Shown here in pieces: positions 1 to 22,847 of a stretch of 64,000 bases of DNA. Source of the DNA: Amoebidium appalachense. Lineage: Eukaryota > Protista > Ichthyosporea. Each line of letters starts with the position of its first letter. The first letter of the stretch is position 1. The notes beneath the pieces are model-generated. The model ran no database searches, had not been told where the DNA came from, and saw nothing but the letters and a program-made list of their open reading frames with translations. The stretch is from NCBI GenBank assembly GCA_963693365.1, contig CAVNZM010000008.1:310001-374000 (forward strand). Reading direction: 5' to 3'. Made by a program: the position numbers and the translations under genes.

Positions 1-289
1 CTGCACGCTTGTTATGTACGCATGTGCGGTTTATGATTGTTTTGGTATGGCATATTATACATTTTCAAACAGTTAAAAGGAATATTGTTTTGTAGACCAC
101 GTTCAGACTGCCTTTTGCTTCGTGACAATTCCCCCTTTCCCCCTCCCCCCTCCTCCTCCTCCCCACCTCCCCCTCACCCCAGCCGCCCTAACTGCTGTGA
201 GCTAGCTAGTATTCCAAGAACCGCGTGTCAAAACCGCTTTACTTTATGCCTCTATGCGCAGACAGCGCATCCCCGGGGATAGGGCATAC

Positions 290-532
290 CTTCTGAAGGC
301 CAGGGGTGTTGGCCTCGTGTCTGCGCCAGCCAGGTCGGAGCCTGTAAGGGAGTAGGACCGCTGCGGCAGAGCAAGCATCTCCCCGGTCCCCTGTCCATAC
401 ATCAGCAACAGACAGTACCACCCTATACCGTAAACAGGAATAGCTTACCAGCTCAAACCTGCTTGCGGACATATACGGACGACACTCCGGGTCTGTAGAT
501 GGGAGAGTTCTTGTACTGGTGTCCGCGGCCAT
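290..532 (-). CDS. 5' exons of an unidentified spliced gene, presumably continuing off the left edge
   Basis: Exons 532-449 and 390-290 are joined by a 58-nt GTAAGC..CTGAT..ACAG intron, followed by a GTATGC donor. They give an open frame MAADTSTRTLPSTDPECRPYMSASRFELGTGEMLALPQRSYSLTGSDLAGADTRPTPLAFR. No family recognised. Confidence 0.45.
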
Positions 533-1437
533 GGTGATGGCACCCAACTGCTAAGAGGGTGAGTTGAAGAGACCAATGCTGGCAGGATATGGTGTGGTCC
601 CAACTACTCGTGTAGGCTACCGTGACACCGGTAAGGCAGTGCGGGCAATAAGAGGCCAAGCTGCACGTGCAAATTCAAACACTCGCCGTGTTCAACTTGA
701 AAGTAAGTTACGAACACTGTTACGAACACTATTTGCCTGCTGTGACCGAAACACAAAGCACCAGCACCTGAAGGCTGCAGCCCCATGGCTGAGGCCCTCG
801 CCACATAGCGTCCCAAAAGCAAGGGTGACTAGAAGCCAATGAAACGGCTATATATGAGGTATTCAAAATAGATCTGGCGACACCCAGAGCTGATAAGCCA
901 ATAGGACACCAGAGAACTCCTAAACAAAGCGGGTGGCTCACAGGAATTGTGATTCGCGTAATAAAGTAGGTGGTGCTGTCTAGACCAATCTAATCTGCCT
1001 GCCGTGATCACTGTCTGAGTTTGTCTACGGTCGCACCGTGTTGAAGAATCAAAGGAAACAAAGAAAAAGAAAGCTACAGAACGGAAAAAATACATATATA
1101 ATATATATACCTATATATATTTTGGAAGATTAACTCGCAATAAAGTTATTTAACTTGATACATTTCAGGTTCATCTGCATACCAGTGCTGGACCGCTGGT
1201 GCTGAAAAAAAAATCACAGCTGTCTGGCAGAAGTAACCATATATGGATTATCTTCAGCCATCATGAGCCCGCTTTTTTTTTTTTTTTTTTTTTTCAACAA
1301 GTCGCCGTGCCGGGCTTGATCATGAACTTCTTCTTCAGCTGGCCGTGACCGTTCGAAAGGTTCTCCGAGTCTCAGTTGAGTAGATTCTGTCTACGAGTCA
1401 CAACAAGGATTTTGCGTTGACGTTATCTGTATAGAAA

Positions 1438-10541
<9,104 letters not shown>

Positions 10542-10785
10542 GTGCCCTCCTTGGTTCCCCACCTGTGTTGGGGAAGGGGGAGCCTCAGGGGGGAGGGGGG
10601 GAAGAGGGGGTGGTTAGTGATGTTTTTTTTTGGGGGGAGGGGGGGGGGGGGGAGGAGGGGGTGGGGGGAGGGGAGGAAGACAGGTCTGGTTGCCTGTTGT
10701 AGTGTTCCTTGCTGGGTTGCCCAGTCTAAATATAGCACAGGCCTATGCACACCTGGTGTTATGAGACATGGCACACCCCCCCCCC

Positions 10786-10820
<35 letters not shown>

Positions 10821-10940
10821 GGCTGCATTGCCAAGGTGACGAACCTGGATGCTGCAATGACTGGCATGGCCTTCCACTGAAGATGGGCTCTAGGAGGCCT
10901 TGGCTCTCTGCACGTTAAATATGTGCGTGCCGGTGACGGT

Positions 10941-11102
10941 TACATTCTCTGATCTACATCTGTACGTCAATGCCAATGGCAATTGTGTGCCATACCTGGG
11001 CCCCCTCATCCCCTCCCCTCGCCTTGATGGTTGCATTTTCTGATCTACACCTGTACGTCAACGCCAACGGCAATTGTGTGCCATCATACCCGGGCCCCCT
11101 CA
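10941..11102. repeat. ~68-bp imperfect direct repeat, 2 copies
   Basis: TCTGATCTACA(T/C)CTGTACGTCAA(T/C)GCCAA(T/C)GGCAATTGTGTGCCAT at ~10941-11008 and ~11032-11102. Confidence 0.85.
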
Positions 11103-11300
11103 ACCCCTCCCCTCCCCTTCCCCCCACCCCCCCCCCCCCCCACCCCCCCCCCCCCCCCCCTTCCCCCCCCCCCCTTTCCTCCCCCCAACACACACACACA
11201 CACATGCGCCACTTGCCATCGACAATGGACTCCGAGCGCATTACACGTGTTGTCCGCCATGAATATGTATGCGTACTCAAACACGCATATTCCTCTCCCC

Positions 11301-11335
<35 letters not shown>

Positions 11336-12537
11336 ACCACCACCACACACACACACACACGGACAACCCCATCCCCCACCCCCACCCCCCCCCCCCCTTA
11401 CACAGACACCTTTTGTCTCTACTAGCACCCAGGCAAGGAGTTTATACATAGTTTGGCAGTGGCTGGATTTCAAAAAAGAAGAATACACACCAGACGCAAA
11501 TTGGACTGTGTTCCCGTCTGTGTTCCCGTTTTAGCTAGACATCGACATCGTTGAAACCTATGATAACCTACACATGTAGGGCTGTGACCTTGTTCAGTAG
11601 AAAAGTTGCTCAGCTGTTGCTGGCACCTGATAACAGCCTCACACCCGTGCATGGATATAATAACGCATGGCATTCACGTTTTGCACGTATATGCAGCCAT
11701 AGATAGCGGTCGACATGAGCACCTACACGAACAAGCAAGTATACATACAGGCCAACCTTGAAGTTGCCTGGTTCGAGCAAAACTTCTCGCTGCTTATGCC
11801 ACAAACCTAGCCTGGCCCAATTACTTGCCATCTTGTCCATTGCACTGCAAAACTCTGCAAAAGCACACTTGCAAGCTTCTGGAAGACATAGACAGCAGTT
11901 ATGTAGCTGCATCTAGAGAGGTCATGGGTAGTCATAGAGACGAATAAGCAGTTTTTTGTGCACCTATGTTAGGAACTGTTTCATCGGAACACCAAGCTGA
12001 AATGCACGTCACCTGTACTCAACAAGGTTCAAACCTATTTGAGATTTGGAGTGGTCGACCGTCCAAGGCACAAGATACGAAGCACATAGTAGTAGAAGGT
12101 ATATAGATAGCTAATATAAGCACTGAGAAAGAACTTGTGTTTTCTTTAGCTGTCAAATGCAGAACTTCACACCAGCAGCAGGCACAGGAACGACAAGCCA
12201 CCCTGAAGGCCCCGTCATAGTAACTACCCCTGTAACAAAGCAATCGTACAGGGTGAGGTCTGCCCACGAGGGGCAAACATGGAAAGGAACTCGGAGAGTC
12301 CCTCGGGGTAGCAGTTACACACTTCGCAAAAAGGCAGTCTTTATTTGCAGACCAGATGGGCAGGCATCTGGATATGCCCACAGAACTTACGTGCATGTGT
12401 GCCCTCGGGCACAAAACTTAAAGGAAAACAAACCGGTGCCGCGGCTTGCGGAGACCGTTACGAGCATACATACAGGCAGGCCACACACAGTGGGCCGGTG
12501 TCTAGAAGTATATGGTGTGCTTGTGGGCGTATATGGC

Positions 12538-13755
12538 TTAGTCTTTACGAGGGCACGGGTGCGTGTGCCTGTGGGTGGTGTGCGTAGTAGTCGTGCTGTG
12601 CGTAGTGTGGTGCATAGGCTGGCGCCTGCGCCACTTCGACCGCCGGGCGGTATGGTGCATAGTGTGGCTGTGCATAGTGGGGGGGGTAGGCGTCGCGCTG
12701 GTCGTATCTCTGCTCGTGGCCCCAGTAGGCCCCAGCACTGGCCGCAGACGACGGGGTGCTGCTGGGGGGTGGGGAGGGGGTACACGTAGCGCTGGTCGGC
12801 ATAGGCTGCAGGCGCTGAATGGGGGGGGTGCACTGTCTTCGCGCCACACTGGGTGCTCGGGCCGTGGGGGGGGCGGAGGTGGGGCATAGGTGTAGGCAGG
12901 CACGTGTGGGGGGGGCCGCTGGCAGTCTGGGCACGTGCAGTAGCGGTCGTGCTGCTGCGAGTAGGGGCTGTCGTACATGGAGGGGGCCGAGGCGCTGTGG
13001 GGCAGCCGTGGCGGTGGATAGGCGTAGGCAGGGGCCTCTTGCTGGACGGGGGCCGAAGCCGGAGGTGGGTAGTAGCCCGGATAGCTGGCCGTGCGCTCGA
13101 GTGCCGGGGGGCGGGCAGTGGGTTGGCTTACGTGCGAGTACTGCCTCTGCAGGGCTTGCAGGGCGGGTGGTGCTGACGTAGCGGGGGACCGCACGGCACG
13201 CGCCTCCTTGCTGCGCTCGTCAGGGCGGTAGGAGGCTGCGTCCCTTCCTTCTCCCTTCGCGGCCGCACGCTGGGCGGTTGACCCAGACTCGGACTTAGGC
13301 GCAGCCTCAGCTCCCTCCCGACCAGGTGTGCTGACTCGTCGGTTGCGACGGCGTGTGCGAATGGTTGAGCGCTGGCATATGCCAAACGGGCGGGGAGAGT
13401 CGTGCAGCTGCAGGATGATAAGTCAGCAAACATACACGCATCAGGAAAGAGGGCAAACCAAGGCCAGCAAAGAAGTGCTCCAACACTACCTTCCCAGCCA
13501 CACACACCCATACACACACACACCACCACTTACCCGCTCGTATGTGCCGCAGGCATTACACAGCAGCTGGCTGCCAGCCTTGCTACGGCGCCACAAGGTT
13601 GTTTCTCTCGTGCCGCAGTTGCGGCAGTAGCGCTCCTCAGCGTTGATGAAGTGCCGCCCCCTCTTCTTGCCTGCCTGCCTGCCTCCCTCGGCCTCCCCGG
13701 TGTCACTCTCATCCGAGGCACCTCGCACCATCTCGTACGGCTGCATAGCCTGCAT
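12538..13755 (-). CDS. GATA-type zinc-finger transcription factor (Cx2Cx18Cx2C), 2 exons, Pro/Tyr/His-rich C-terminus
   Basis: Exon 1 (13755-13534) encodes CRNCGTRETTLWRRSKAGSQLLCNACGTYER. A GTAAGT..CAG intron follows. Exon 2 from 13407 continues with the basic tail LHDSPRP..IRTRRRNRR. The C-terminal frame is uncertain (see findings). Confidence 0.88.
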
Positions 13756-16371
13756 GGCTCTAACTAGGCAAAAAACACACCGGCAGCCTGAAAGCTATTC
13801 CTAGCGCTTGACCTATGAAAAATACTTGGAATTGACGTGTCTTCGACACCTGCCTGCCAAAAAACAAAAAACAAAACTGACACGGCAACCTAAATGCGCG
13901 CAGCATGGGTCTGGAATGCGCTGTAAAAAACCGACCCCTTGAACCAAGGGCAGACGCTATATAGGCCGGACCTCGCGGCTATGGCCAACAGCGATAGCTG
14001 ACTCTCTACCAATGGCGTGAGGCTGGTGCACATTTACCCTCCTTAATCCTTGACATCTGATCGCATGCAGCAGAAGATCTGGTGCAGATTGCCCAGATAG
14101 GTTGAAATGAAAAGAGATGAAATATGTTTTCCTGTTAAGCAGCAGGATATTAATTTTGATGCTGCGCACATCATGTCGAGTTTAGCTAAAAGAAACGCTT
14201 CTTAGATGCGAAGCTTATCGGCGCCAACGGACCAATAGAACTACGCATGATTTGCCGGCCAAGGGAGGCTTGGGAAAATATCTGCGAATCAACACGGCGC
14301 AGCCGATTTGCCTCCAGCGAGCCACCAGCCAATAGGTAGGCGACAAGGAACAATTCTTGTCCAATCAACGTAGCCTTGTTACATCAGTCAGAGCTTTTCA
14401 CATACCAGCTTGCTCTTTGGGGCCGGCGATAGCAGGAGGGCAACGAGTGATAAGTTTGTGATAACAAGGGCTAGAATACTTGTGTGTCAATTGCAAAAAT
14501 GATTGACTCTATATAGTTTTTGTTAAACGCTCGGAGCTCCTCCTGCTGTGACAGGGCCTGATAAAAGCTCCAGAAACTAGCGCCACACTTGAACAGACCG
14601 TCGTGAATCTGACAGTTCACTCGAATGCGACTCTGATCAGCAACATCAGTATCGCTCGTCGAGGGGCCGGCCGCGGCCCGAATATTCATAGTATGTAATT
14701 CAATGAACGGAGTCAACTCGCGAAAAAAAAATTCGCTTTTTCAGGAGGCTATTTGAGCAGTCCTTCAGCCTGACAGCCCACATGTAAGTGTATAAGAATA
14801 TATATGCACGGAGAGCTCTCAACTTTGCGCATGCCTGTCCGTGGCCTTGCAACCATGGTGCAGTCAGCAGTGGCACCAAGAAATCTTTGCCCTACTCCAA
14901 TCGCAACCAATGGCTCGTCTTATCGCTATCTCTGTGGATCTCATAATAGCTGTGTGGTTTGATTGGTTACCTGGTTCGTTGTGTTTGATAATGGGATGCA
15001 ATCAAATGATTTTTTGATATAAGAGCAAAAAATGGAATCTTCATGTGTATACAAAAATAGGCATCCATGGACACTACGAGGAAAATGGGAAACGTGAAAC
15101 ATAAAGCATAATTTATTTGAAACAGTATTTTTACCCCAATAGGTTCATGCCTGGCAAATTTACGATTGTAATGCAGTGGGCGCATGGGCATGTACATGGA
15201 TGCATGCCCCAGCTGCTTTCTGTTAAAGTGCCAACAAGATCACTAGTCGTATCCCCCCTGATCAGCCAGCACGGGAAGGGCTCCATTTCTCTTTTTACGC
15301 TTTTATGTAGCACTATGCAAAAAAGATCGATGATGGGTCTTTCTGAACTGCAACTAAAGTATATTAAACTTAAATTGTATTGTTTTGCGCGTTCGAAACA
15401 GATTTCTGTGCAATCAAACCAAGTCTGCCAGCCAGTGCTTCAACAGTGTGTCCGGAACTGACCAGAAGCAAATTAGGTGAGCAAAATGGTATGCGCATCA
15501 GGATCACCGGGCAGAAAGGTGTAAGAACGCCGGCCGCTTATCAATAGTGAATCTGGTTGCCCTTATCATCCAAAGGAGCTCATAAAGAAGAAAAAAATTA
15601 AAATAATAAGCAGCTAAATATATATGAGGGAAAAAATCAAATAAAGGTTCCCTCGCAAACATTCGACCCAAATTCTGCATATCACCGCCTACAGTCGGCA
15701 CGACCTACATGCATATCTATCCCCAAATTCGCGACGCCGGTTGCCACTGGCTCCGGTCCTCACGGTGACTCATGGCATTCCCCGACCCAAGCGATCTGCA
15801 TGGAGCATCAGTGACGGCTAAACAAGAACAGTATGTACGGCTCAACACTGTATTAGAAAACATAAAGTTTTCATTTTAAGTCAAAAATGCCATGGAATAG
15901 GAAATAGAATTTTTTTACAAACATGCATGGTGATGTTCTGTGGCCTGATCATCATCATGATGTGCGATCACCTCGATACTGTAAACACCCCCGCTTTCAA
16001 GATAAGCTTATTAGCGCACGTCTACAAAATATATGTATATATATACCTATATATATAGGTACATATATATTTTCTTCAATTGCACTGCAAGTTTTAGTGA
16101 AAGAGAAATTTACGTAATAGCGCTTCGGTGCTCTGGCCACGGATATTCGTGTTGGCATGCTTGTTGTTTTCGAGCAAACATTGATTCGATAGTAGAAAGC
16201 CACTCTTTCACATCATCATGGCTTGATGACGTCAATGGCCCATTACGAAATTTGGCGCGCAGTGCGGCCACGCAGAAACTCGCCAGTTCACAGGTCCTTA
16301 GGCCCTTACAGGTCACCGTGACCCTAATATATTAGGAGTCAAGAGGAGGGCGAGAGAGACAGAGAGAGAGA

Positions 16372-16407
<36 letters not shown>
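16372..16407 (+). repeat. (AGGC)n tetranucleotide microsatellite upstream of the RPB11 start codon
   Basis: About 9 tandem AGGC units. A similar array lies at ~42513-42565. Confidence 0.9.
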
Positions 16408-16475
16408 CGCGTGCGGCACCTGCACTGTACGAGAGAGAGAGACACGGCCAGCACTCACATACCCCAACCGTCGCA

Positions 16476-16686
16476 ATGAACGTGCCCCACGCCCACGAGA
16501 GCTTCATTCTCGCCGATGGCGAGAGAAAGTAAGGGATTGTGTGCGTTTGACTTTGCGTGTGCTTATGGGTTCTCAGGTTTCCGCGTGCGTGTAGTGCTTG
16601 GTTGTGCACATACGCCGGCTTCTGTTTAGATCCTTGAGGGTGTCAGCTAATGACCAATGAAAGAAGACTGTGGAAGGGGAAGGGGA

Positions 16687-16729
<43 letters not shown>

Positions 16730-17316
16730 GGGGGCGGTGTCCCCCACGGACACAAGCAATGAACAAGGAGAGGGACTAAATTAGGCCTTGGAAGCTTCTA
16801 GCACACTAGCACAAGAGAACTTCGTAACACTCATAGCCAAATATGCACGAGAAAGGGCGAGAGCTGGTCCTCCTCTCTTCTCTGCCCTGCCTCCTCCCTG
16901 CACCCCCCTCCCCCCTCCCTCCCCCCCCCCCCCCCCCCCCTCCCCCCTCCCCCCCCCCCTCCCCCTCTCCTCTCCCTCTCCCTCTCCCTGCCCCCCTTCC
17001 CATCCTGTAGAAGGCTCTTGCCAGGTGTTTCACACGCTGCCTGAGGTGGCTGCCCACAAGCTGAGGGAGAGAGAGAGAGTGTGTGTGTGTGTGGAAGGGG
17101 GGGGAGGAGGGGCGGTGGGGGAGAGAGAGAGTTAGGGAGGGGGTAGGGAGACAGAGAGAGAGTGGGGTGGGTGGGTGGGTGGGTGGGTTGGGGGGGGGGG
17201 GGGGGGGGGGGGGGAGCTGTGCATAAAAAATGCAGAACTAGAGTGAAAATTTGTTTCGGTTTTGGATGGTGTATGAACGAATGGCGTGCAGGGGCGAGAT
17301 CTCGAAGGTGTGGCGT

Positions 17317-17348
<32 letters not shown>

Positions 17349-19231
17349 GAGAGAGGGGGGGGAGGGGGAGGATTTGGGAAAAGGGGGGGGGGGGGGGGGG
17401 GGCTTGTGGGGTTGCGGCCGGTGTGTGTGTGTGTGCGTGTGTGTGTGTGCGTGTGTGTGTGTGTGTGCATGCAGAGGGGGAGGGATTGGAGTGGAGAGGA
17501 CGGGTGGGTATGAGAGGATGGGTGTGTGTGTGTGTGTGGGTGTGTAGGGGATGGGTGGGAGGGATGGGTTTGTGGTGGGTGGGTGGGTGGGCCGGCATGT
17601 TGGGGGTTGGGTGAGCGTGTTGTGTTTGTGTGTTTTTTTGGGGGGGGGGAAGGGGGGGGAGAGGGGAGGGGGAGGTGTTGGTGGTGGTGGTTGTTGGGGA
17701 GGGGGCAAGAGGGGAGCTGACTCACGTGGGTTGCAGGATCACCTACGAGCGGGACAACAAGGTGCCCAATGCCTACACCTTCATTCTCATGAAGGAGGAC
17801 CACACCCTGGGCAACCTCATCAAAAAGTACGTGAGGGGTAGGAGGGGAAGGGGCGGAGGAGAGGGGGGGGGGGGGGGGAGGGGGAGGGATTGGAGGGGGG
17901 GGGGGGAGGGAGGAAACTTGGACCCTGGTGCTGACGTGAGGCGCTGCAGCCAGCTTATGCGGGACCCGCACGTGGTGTTCAGCGGCTACCGCATGCCGCA
18001 CCCCATGGAGTACCGCATGGAGCTGCGGGTGCAGACAGACAGCCCCAGCTACAGCCCCATCGAGGCGCTGGAGACAGCCATCAAGGACCTGATCAACGAG
18101 ACACAGTTCCTGCAGACGAGGTTCCAGGTGTGTGCGGGCAGGGGTGTGTGTGTGCGGGCAGGGAGAGGGGGGGGGGGGGGGGGGTACGGGTGTGTGTGGG
18201 GGGTCAGGGGGGGGGGGTTTGGTGGTGTGTGTGCGGGCAGAAGAGGGGGAGAGGGGGGAGGAGGATTTGGTGTGTGGTTGGGCAGGGTTTTTGTTTTTTG
18301 GGGGTGGGGGGGTTAGGGGTGGTGTGTGTACGTGGGCAAGGGGCCTGGTGTTGTGTGTGGGCAGGAGGAGGTGGCGGTGGTGGTGGAAGGGGGGGAGGGG
18401 AGGGGATGAGGGGGGGGGGGGGGGGGGGGAGGTTACGTGTACGTTCTTTGGGCTTGTAGGAGCTTTGCAGGGGCTTTGGAGAACAGCAGGGGAGGGGGGA
18501 GGGGGGGGGGGGGGGAGGGGGGGGTGTACAGGAGGGGAGGGAGGGGGGGGGGGATATGCAAACCAGACACACAGTGGGAGGGAGAGGTATTGCCTAGGCG
18601 ATAGCTTTTTGGGTGGGTGATGATGCCATATAACATGGGGATGGATGCACCTGAATGTCTGCTGGGGAGGGGGGCGGGGGGGATTGAATGATACTGTGTT
18701 TGGAGGCTGGACTGCTATTTGAAGGAGGTGGAGGGGGCAGGGGGGGGGGGGGGTAGGTGCAGCAGGGGAGTTCAAAAAAAACGGACAGAGAGGGAGAGTG
18801 TGCACTTGTGTGTGTAGCTGTGGGTTGTTTTGTGTGTGTATGGACGGTTGGGGGGGTGGGGGTGTATATGACGAATAGGGAGAGAGTGTGCATATGTCCT
18901 TGTTTTTTTTCTCTTTTTCGTTCTTTTCTTTCGTTTTGGATGTGTGTGAAGGAGGAGGAAAAGGGGGGGGGGGGGGGGGGGGGGGGGGGAGGGGGGAGGG
19001 GGAGGAGCAAGCTAACCACTGCAGTTTTGAATTTTCTTGTTCTTTTTTCTCTTGTGGAAGCTACAAGCTTCTCTCTTTTTTTTGTTTTGGGATGCCGGGG
19101 GAGAGGGATGTATTTGAGTTGCCTGGGTGTGCACGGCACTCCATATATACTTCTAAGTTTTTGCACTATGAAAAAGTAGTCGCGCAGTCACAGACCACGT
19201 GCACGTAATATGACTGCAGGACACCATGTGT

Positions 19232-19271
<40 letters not shown>

Positions 19272-19498
19272 CCCCCCCCCCCCCCCCCCCCCCGCCCGTA
19301 GGGGTGACATATTTCCCCTAACACTGGGCACTGGTCCACATGCATACTCCTTGTGTAATATCGTCTTATGTCGAACTGTGCGGTGGTGTTTTGTGCATGT
19401 GTGTCTTGCATGCGTCACCACTGGTGTGCTGACTGTGTGCACAGCAACAAGTGGAGCTCAAGAGGGCCGAGGAGGACGACATGCACGGCTACGTGTAG
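16476..19498 (+). CDS. RPB11: RNA polymerase II subunit RPB11, 4 exons
   Basis: Exons 16476-16528, 17737-17826, 17950-18127, 19445-19498: [77 protein letters not shown]. The EDHTLGN and GY..PHP signatures are present. All introns GT-AG. Confidence 0.96.
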
Positions 19499-19611
19499 CG
19501 GCCAATCAGATGGCTGCATTCAGGGTGGGCCCTCGGCCATGGATACATCCCCTGTGTGTGGTTGGGTTAGGATCATGCGCCCTGGTGGCCGGCATGTAGG
19601 CACACACACAC

Positions 19612-19655
<44 letters not shown>

Positions 19656-19861
19656 CACACGGACACACACGCACATACGCACACGACACGCGCACGCGCA
19701 CCCATACACACACACATGCACGGTCGTAGATAGAAATACAGAAACAGACATCGACATAGCACCGACACAGGTACACAATGAATCATGACAGTTTTAGATC
19801 CTTGTTATAACGAAGGTCAGCATTGCACTGTGTGATATTGAGCCAATGAATAAACCGTGTC

Positions 19862-21215
19862 TTACGTATCTCCATGGCTTGCACCACCAACAGTTAGCTG
19901 TGGCTGCATATGTGACATGGTACGATTATTGGGCCACAGGCCAACTAGATGGGTGCTATGGCTCACGGCTTTTGCCATGTGCTTAGGCAGGAACCATGGT
20001 GCAAATGATTGCAGAGCACAAGCACGTGCTGGCTTGCAGGGGTGTGTGTATACGTGAGTGTGCACATGCACGTGGGATCTGTGTGGACGTGTGCATATGC
20101 GTATGCATGGATGTGCGCGTGCATGTCTGCATGTGTGCGCGGGTGTGGTGCATGTGTGTGCACGCGAGTGTGTGGTCAAGGACGGGGGAGTGCTACCGTC
20201 TTGGGCTGGGTCTTGCAGCTGCTCGGCAGGGTCTGTGCGCAGCATGTGCAGCAGCACCATGGGGCCTAGGAACTGTGCACTGGGTTAGTGTGTGCCCAAA
20301 TATGGCAGTGCTAGGAGCTGTGCATTGGGTTAGCGTGTGCCCATATATGGAAAGTGCTTACAGCTTAGCCTGGTTGTGTGAGATTGGCAGGTGCTTGCGC
20401 TTGTGTGTGCCTGTGCATGCGTGCATATTTTTATGCTCGTGCGTGCCTGTGTGTGCGTGTCCATGTCCTTACGTGTGCCTGTGCTCAGTGCCTGTCCATA
20501 TGCACATGTGCCTGTGCATGCGTGTGTGTGCCTATGCATGTCCCTTCATGTGCATGTGTGTGGCTGTGCGTGTGCATGTGCATGTGCATATGTGAGCATG
20601 TGCATGTCTCCATGCACATGTGTGTGGCTGTGCGTGTCATGTGTATGTGCATGGGTGTGCCCATGCATTGGCGCCCAAATGCACGCTCATGTGTGTGCCT
20701 CTGCATGGTTGTGCAGGTGACTGTGCAGGTGACTGCTTGTGTGCCTGCACATGTGGATGCCTGTGCCTGTGCTTGTAGGTGCCTGTACACGCTCTGTGCA
20801 TGCACATCTTCTCGTGTGCATGTGCATGTGTATGCATACACATGTGATTGTGTGCAAATACATGCGTGCCAGTGTGTGTGTGTGTGTGCAGCTGCATGCA
20901 CATGTGCCCATGCAGGCAGGCACCTGGGCCTTTCTGACAGCCAGCTGCTGGTCCAGTCTGTCTTTCTCCTTTGTTGCTGCCTCGATCTGCGCCTCCAGTG
21001 CCTCGATCTGCCTGTGGCCCAAAAACACATTAGCAATTTATTAATCCCTGTGCACCACAGCACAAAAGTTCATTTCTCACACGTGTAAGCACCGTGCACC
21101 ACAACACCTGATCCAAACTTACACATCCCCCCCCCCCCCCCCCCCCCGGAGACAAATCCTGCTTCAGGACACACTGCCTCTCGCCGCCATTTCTTTGTCT
21201 CCAAGAATGCCCTTC

Positions 21216-21253
<38 letters not shown>

Positions 21254-22719
21254 TTCCCCCATCATCTTGTCAGGCACACAGCTCATCTGCACACACAGCC
21301 ACTTGCGCCCCCCTCCCTCCCAGCCCTCCCCCCTTCTCCCCCCCCCTCCCCCCCTCCCCCCCTCCCCCCCCCCCCCCCCCCCCCCCCCACTTACGCCATG
21401 CTGGTAGCGCGTGCAGGCAGTGCCAAAGTGGCCTGGGCCAGTGTGTCGTATTGCTGGCGCTGGGCCCTCTCTGTGCGCGCACTGGCCAAGCCCTCAAGCA
21501 GAGCCTGCAGCTCAGTGTCCAGCTGTGCACTGGCCTGCCCTGGGGGGGGGGGGGGGGGGGGGGAGGGGGGGGAGGGGGGGTAAGTGGTCGGCAAAGGCAC
21601 AAAGGGTCGTGCACACACGTGCTGGGATGGGGCATGCCCATCCTCTGTGGAGTCCAATTACAGAGGAATGTGCACGCACATTCACAAACATGCCAGACAT
21701 CCACAATACACACATGCACAGGCATCCATACACATGCACAGACATAGACAATACACACATGCACAGACATAGATAATACACACATGCACAGGCATCCATA
21801 CACATGCACAGACATGCACAGGCATCCATACACATGCACAGACAACATGCACATGCACACATACATGTACGCACATGCATGAACAGCACGCACATGCACA
21901 CACGTGCGCACATGCCTGCGAGAAAAAAGAGTGTCCATATGTACACCCGTACACACCAACACATGTGTCCAGGCACACGTAAGCATGATGCACAGTTGCA
22001 CGCACACAGGATTACCACACACATCAGAGAGTGGGTGCCCCCCACATATTTGCCTACCAGAATCACCTCCCGCTCTCTCCCCTCTCTCACATCCGATCCG
22101 CCATATGTCCCCCCCCCCCCTCTCAAAAAAAAAAAAAGGAAAAGAAAAACGCCCCAACCCACCCTCCCCAGAGGCCCCCAACTGGATTATATGCTCTCCA
22201 CCTTCCAATCCACCCTCTCCCCCCCCCCCCCCCCCTCCCCTCTCCCCGTCCCCCCCCCCCCCCCCCCCCCCCCCCAACCCCCACCACAACACGGGCATGC
22301 ATGCACCTTCCATGATTCATTCTCATGTGCACACCCGTACACACACCAACTGTGTCTTTGCGAACGCCAGGGCCCACTGACAACTGTACAGACACACATT
22401 GATACCCCCCCACAAAAAAAAAAAAAAAAGAAGAAAAGAAAAGAGAAGAAAAAAGAAGGAAAAAAAACCATCCGGCTCCGAATGCACACACACACAAACA
22501 CATCCTAACACCACACCTACTGACATCTTGGCACATACAGCCTCGATGGGATTCACCTGCACCCACCCACATCCACATCCACCCAAACCCACCCCGACCC
22601 ACTCACACTCACATTATGCAGCTAAACACCCCCCCCCCCCCCCTCCCCCCCCCCCTCAACACCCCCCCCCCCCCCCAAAAAAAAAAAAAAGAATGCATGC
22701 ATATGTTGCTTCTACAGCC

Positions 22720-22750
<31 letters not shown>

Positions 22751-22757
22751 AAAAACA

Positions 22758-22847
<90 letters not shown>

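Noticed and set aside
12157-12789. 210-aa plus-strand ORF
   Set aside because: Antisense shadow of the GC-rich GATA exon and its 3' UTR.
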